The notes below the pieces were generated by a model. The model made no database searches and had not been told where the DNA came from. It was given only the letters and a program-made list of their open reading frames with translations. A program made the translations under genes and the position numbers. From NCBI RefSeq assembly GCF_009914755.1, contig NC_060937.1: a stretch of DNA of 64,000 nt. One strand, given 5' to 3'. Of the stretch, positions 61,301 through 64,000 are shown piece after piece (the first letter of the stretch is position 1; each line of letters opens with the position of its first letter). The stretch is from the human T2T-CHM13v2.0 reference genome, Homo sapiens.

Positions 61301-64000
61301 TATGTACATTATATAATATATATTTTGTAAATTTTGATATTTTATGTACACTGTATAATATATATTTGGGCTACTTTGATATTTTATGTACAGTATACCA
61401 TCTATATTTTATGTACTTTCATATTTTATGTACCTAATATAATATATATTTGATGTAATTTCATATTTTATGTACAGTATATAATACATGCTTTGGGTAC
61501 TTTGATTTTTTTTTACAGTATACAATATATACCTTGGGTACTTTGATATTTTATCTACAGTATATAATATATAGTTTGTGAACTTTGATATTTCATATAC
61601 AGTATATCATATATATTTGGGGTTCCTTTATATTTTATGTATGGTAAATAATCTATATTTGATGTACTTTCATATTTTACGTACCTAATATAATATATAT
61701 TTGATGTAATTCCATATTTTATGTACAGTATATAATGTATAGTTTGGGTACCTTGATATTTTATGTACACTATAAAATATATATCTGGTGTACTTTGATA
61801 TTTTATGTACAGAATAAAATATATATTTGATGTACTTTCATCTTTTATGTACAGTATATAGTACTTGCTTTGGGTACTTTGATATTTTATGTACATTATA
61901 TAATATATATTTTGTAAATTTTGATATTTCATGTACACTGTATAATATATATTTGGGCTACTTTGATATTTTATGTACAGTATATCATCTATATTTTATG
62001 TACTTTCATATTTTATGTACCTAATATAATATATATTTGATGTGCTTTCATATTTTATATACAGTATATAATACATGCTTTGGGTACTTTGATTTTTTTT
62101 TACAGTATAGAATATATACCTTGGGTACTTTGATATTTTATCTACAGTATATAATATATAGTTTGTGAACTTTGATATTTCATGTACAGTATATCATATA
62201 TATTTGGGGTTCCTTTATATTTTATGTACGGTATATAATCTATATTTGATGTATTTCATATTTTACGTACCTAATATAATATATATTTGATGTAATTCCA
62301 TATTTTATGTACAGTATATAATGTATAGTTTGGGTACCTTGATATTTTATGTACACTATAAAATATATATCTGGTGTACTTTGATATTTTATGTACAGAA
62401 TAAAATATATATTTGATGTACTTTCATCTTTTATGTACAGTATATAATACTTGCTTTGGGTACTTTGATATTTTATGTACATTATATAATATATATTTTG
62501 TAAATTTTGATATTTCATGTACACTGTATAATATATATTTGGGCTACTTTGCTATTTTATGTACAGTATATCATCTATATTTTATGTACTTTCATATTTT
62601 ATGTACCTAATATAATATATATTTGATGTGCTTTCATATTTTATGTACAGTATATAATACATGCTTTGGGTACTTTGATATTTTTTGTACATTATAGAAT
62701 ATGTACCTTGGGTACTTTGATATTTTATCTACAGTATATAATATATAGTTTGTGAACTTTGATATTTCATGTACAGTATATCATATATATTTGGGGTTCC
62801 TTTATATTTTATGTATGGTATATAATCTATATTTGATGTACTTTCATCTTTTACGTACCTAATATAATATATATTTGATGTAATTCCATATTTTATGTAC
62901 AGTATATAATGTATAGTATGGGTACCTTGATATTTTATGTACACTATAAAATATATATCTGGTGTACTTTGATATTTTATGTACAGAATAAAATATATAT
63001 TTGATGTACTTTCATCTTTTATGTACAGTATATAATACTTGCTTTGGGTACTTTGATATTTTATGTACATTATGTAATATATATTTTGTAAATTTTTATA
63101 TTTCATGTACACTGTATAATATATATTTGGGCTACTTTGATATTTTATGTACAGTATATCATCTATATTTTATGTACTTTCATATTTTATGTACCTAATA
63201 TAATATATATTTGATGTGCTTTCACATTTTATGTACAGTATATAATACATGCTTTGGGTACTTTGATATTTTTTTTACAGTATAGAATATATACCTTGGG
63301 TACTTTGATATTTTATCTACAGTATATAATATATAGTTTGTGAACTTTGATATTTCATGTACAGTATATCATATATATTTGGGGTTCCTTTATATTTTAT
63401 GTATGGTATATAATCTATATTTGATGTACTTTCATATTTTAAGTACCTAATATATTATATATTTGATGTAATTCCATATTTTATGTACAGTATGTAATGT
63501 ATAGTTTGGGTAATTTCATATTTTATGTACACTATAAAATATATATCTGGTTTACTTTGTTATTTTATGTACAGAATAAAATATATATTTGATGTACTTT
63601 CATATTTTATGTACAGTATATAATACATGCTTTGGGTACTTTGATATTTTATGTACATTATATAATACGTATTTTGTAAATTTTGATATTTCATGTACAC
63701 TGTATAATATATATTTGGGCTACTTTGATATTTTATGTACAGTATATCATCTATATTTTATGTACTTTCATATTTTATGTACCTAATATAATATATATTT
63801 GATGTTCTTTCATATTTTATGTACAGTATATAATACATGCTTTGGGTACTTTGATATTTTTTTTACAGTATAGAATATATACCTTGGGTACTTTGATATT
63901 TTATCTACAGTACATAATATATAGTTTGTGAACTTTGATATTTCATGTACAGTATATCATATATATTTGGGGTTCCTTTATATTTTATGTATGGTATATA
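52400..64000 (-). repeat. Restructured HSat1A subfamily: 588-bp 14-mer, 965-bp 23-mer and 798-bp 19-mer units
   Basis: Diagnostic monomers on - strand: CAAAATTTACAAAAT, AAAGTAGCCCAAAT, ATAGATGATATAC, AAAGGAACCCC, GGAATTAC, CTGTAGATAAA, TTTTATAGTG. Homologous ORF starts at 53055, 53643, 54608, 55406, about 56371 (588, 965, 798, 965) and 61240, 61827, 62413, 63001, 63589 (587, 586, 588, 588). Confidence 0.88.
55700..61500 (-). repeat. About 2141-bp (51-monomer = 23+14+14) super-repeat, about 3 copies
   Basis: Homologous ORF boundaries at 55964/58106/60246 and 56687/58828/60968. Private variants shared at about 2140 offset: GATACTTTAT 58231/60371, CATATTGTAT 57181/59321, TAATACACG 56991/59132. 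Confidence 0.8.

Larger units (their letters stand above)
49429..64000 (-). repeat. HSat1A satellite array in inverted orientation (A-rich strand on -)
   Basis: From 49429 the + strand reads TACTTTGATATTTTATGTACAG..., the reverse complement of the same monomers. The repeat-derived ORFs switch to the - strand. The array runs off the right edge. Confidence 0.95.

Noticed and set aside
358-63786. All ORFs in the supplied track (YIKYQST... repeats, MKLHQIY..., MMYFHLL...) as protein-coding genes
   Set aside because: They are translations of a 42-bp satellite unit. They start and stop at recurrent repeat variants, flip strand with the array and show no domain or unique sequence.
1-64000. CRISPR-like array (conserved GTACATAAAATATCAAAGT core alternating with variable segments)
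   Set aside because: The variable parts are only nine related types recurring in fixed order, not unique spacers. No cas genes or leader are present.
1-64000. TATA boxes or promoters from the many TATAAA/TATATA motifs
   Set aside because: They are expected in every unit from base composition, with no supporting context.
1-64000. Alpha satellite, HSat2/3, HSat1B/DYZ2, CENP-B boxes or telomeric repeats
   Set aside because: No 171-bp period, CATTC pentamers, Alu-derived 2.4-kb unit, CENP-B box or TTAGGG tracts. The single TTAGG in m7 is not tandem.
1-64000. Assignment to a specific chromosome (e.g. chr3, 4, 13, 14, 15, 21, 22)
   Set aside because: There is no unique flanking sequence. This needs mapping of the junction and 14-mer k-mers.

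Overview
The whole 64 kb is one uninterrupted, very AT-rich tandem satellite matching human Satellite 1A (HSat1A / SAR; human or possibly another great ape, probably pericentromeric or acrocentric). The monomer is 42 bp (consensus approx. TACATAAAATATCAAAGTACNCAAANTATATATTATATACTG) with two GTAC sites giving 17+25 bp subunits. It is organised as a 378-bp 9-mer, with recurrent 373-bp and 375-bp deletion variants. I see no genes, RNA genes, transposons or CRISPR array, and all listed ORFs come from a 42-bp (14-codon) unit with one largely stop-free frame. The interest is structural: (1) an abrupt orientation switch at 49428/49429 that creates a 20-bp perfect hairpin stem; (2) beyond about 52.4 kb a rebuilt higher-order repeat (588-bp 14-mer in two same-length architectures, 965-bp 23-mer, about 2141-bp 51-mer); (3) isolated plus-strand copies of that subfamily at about 0.8-2.8 kb and 40.8-42.4 kb; (4) nested kb-scale duplications whose offsets change by whole 9-mers. 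I found no evidence for a new protein-coding system. Monomers are numbered m1-m9 starting at the TACATGAAATATCAAAGTTCAC monomer.
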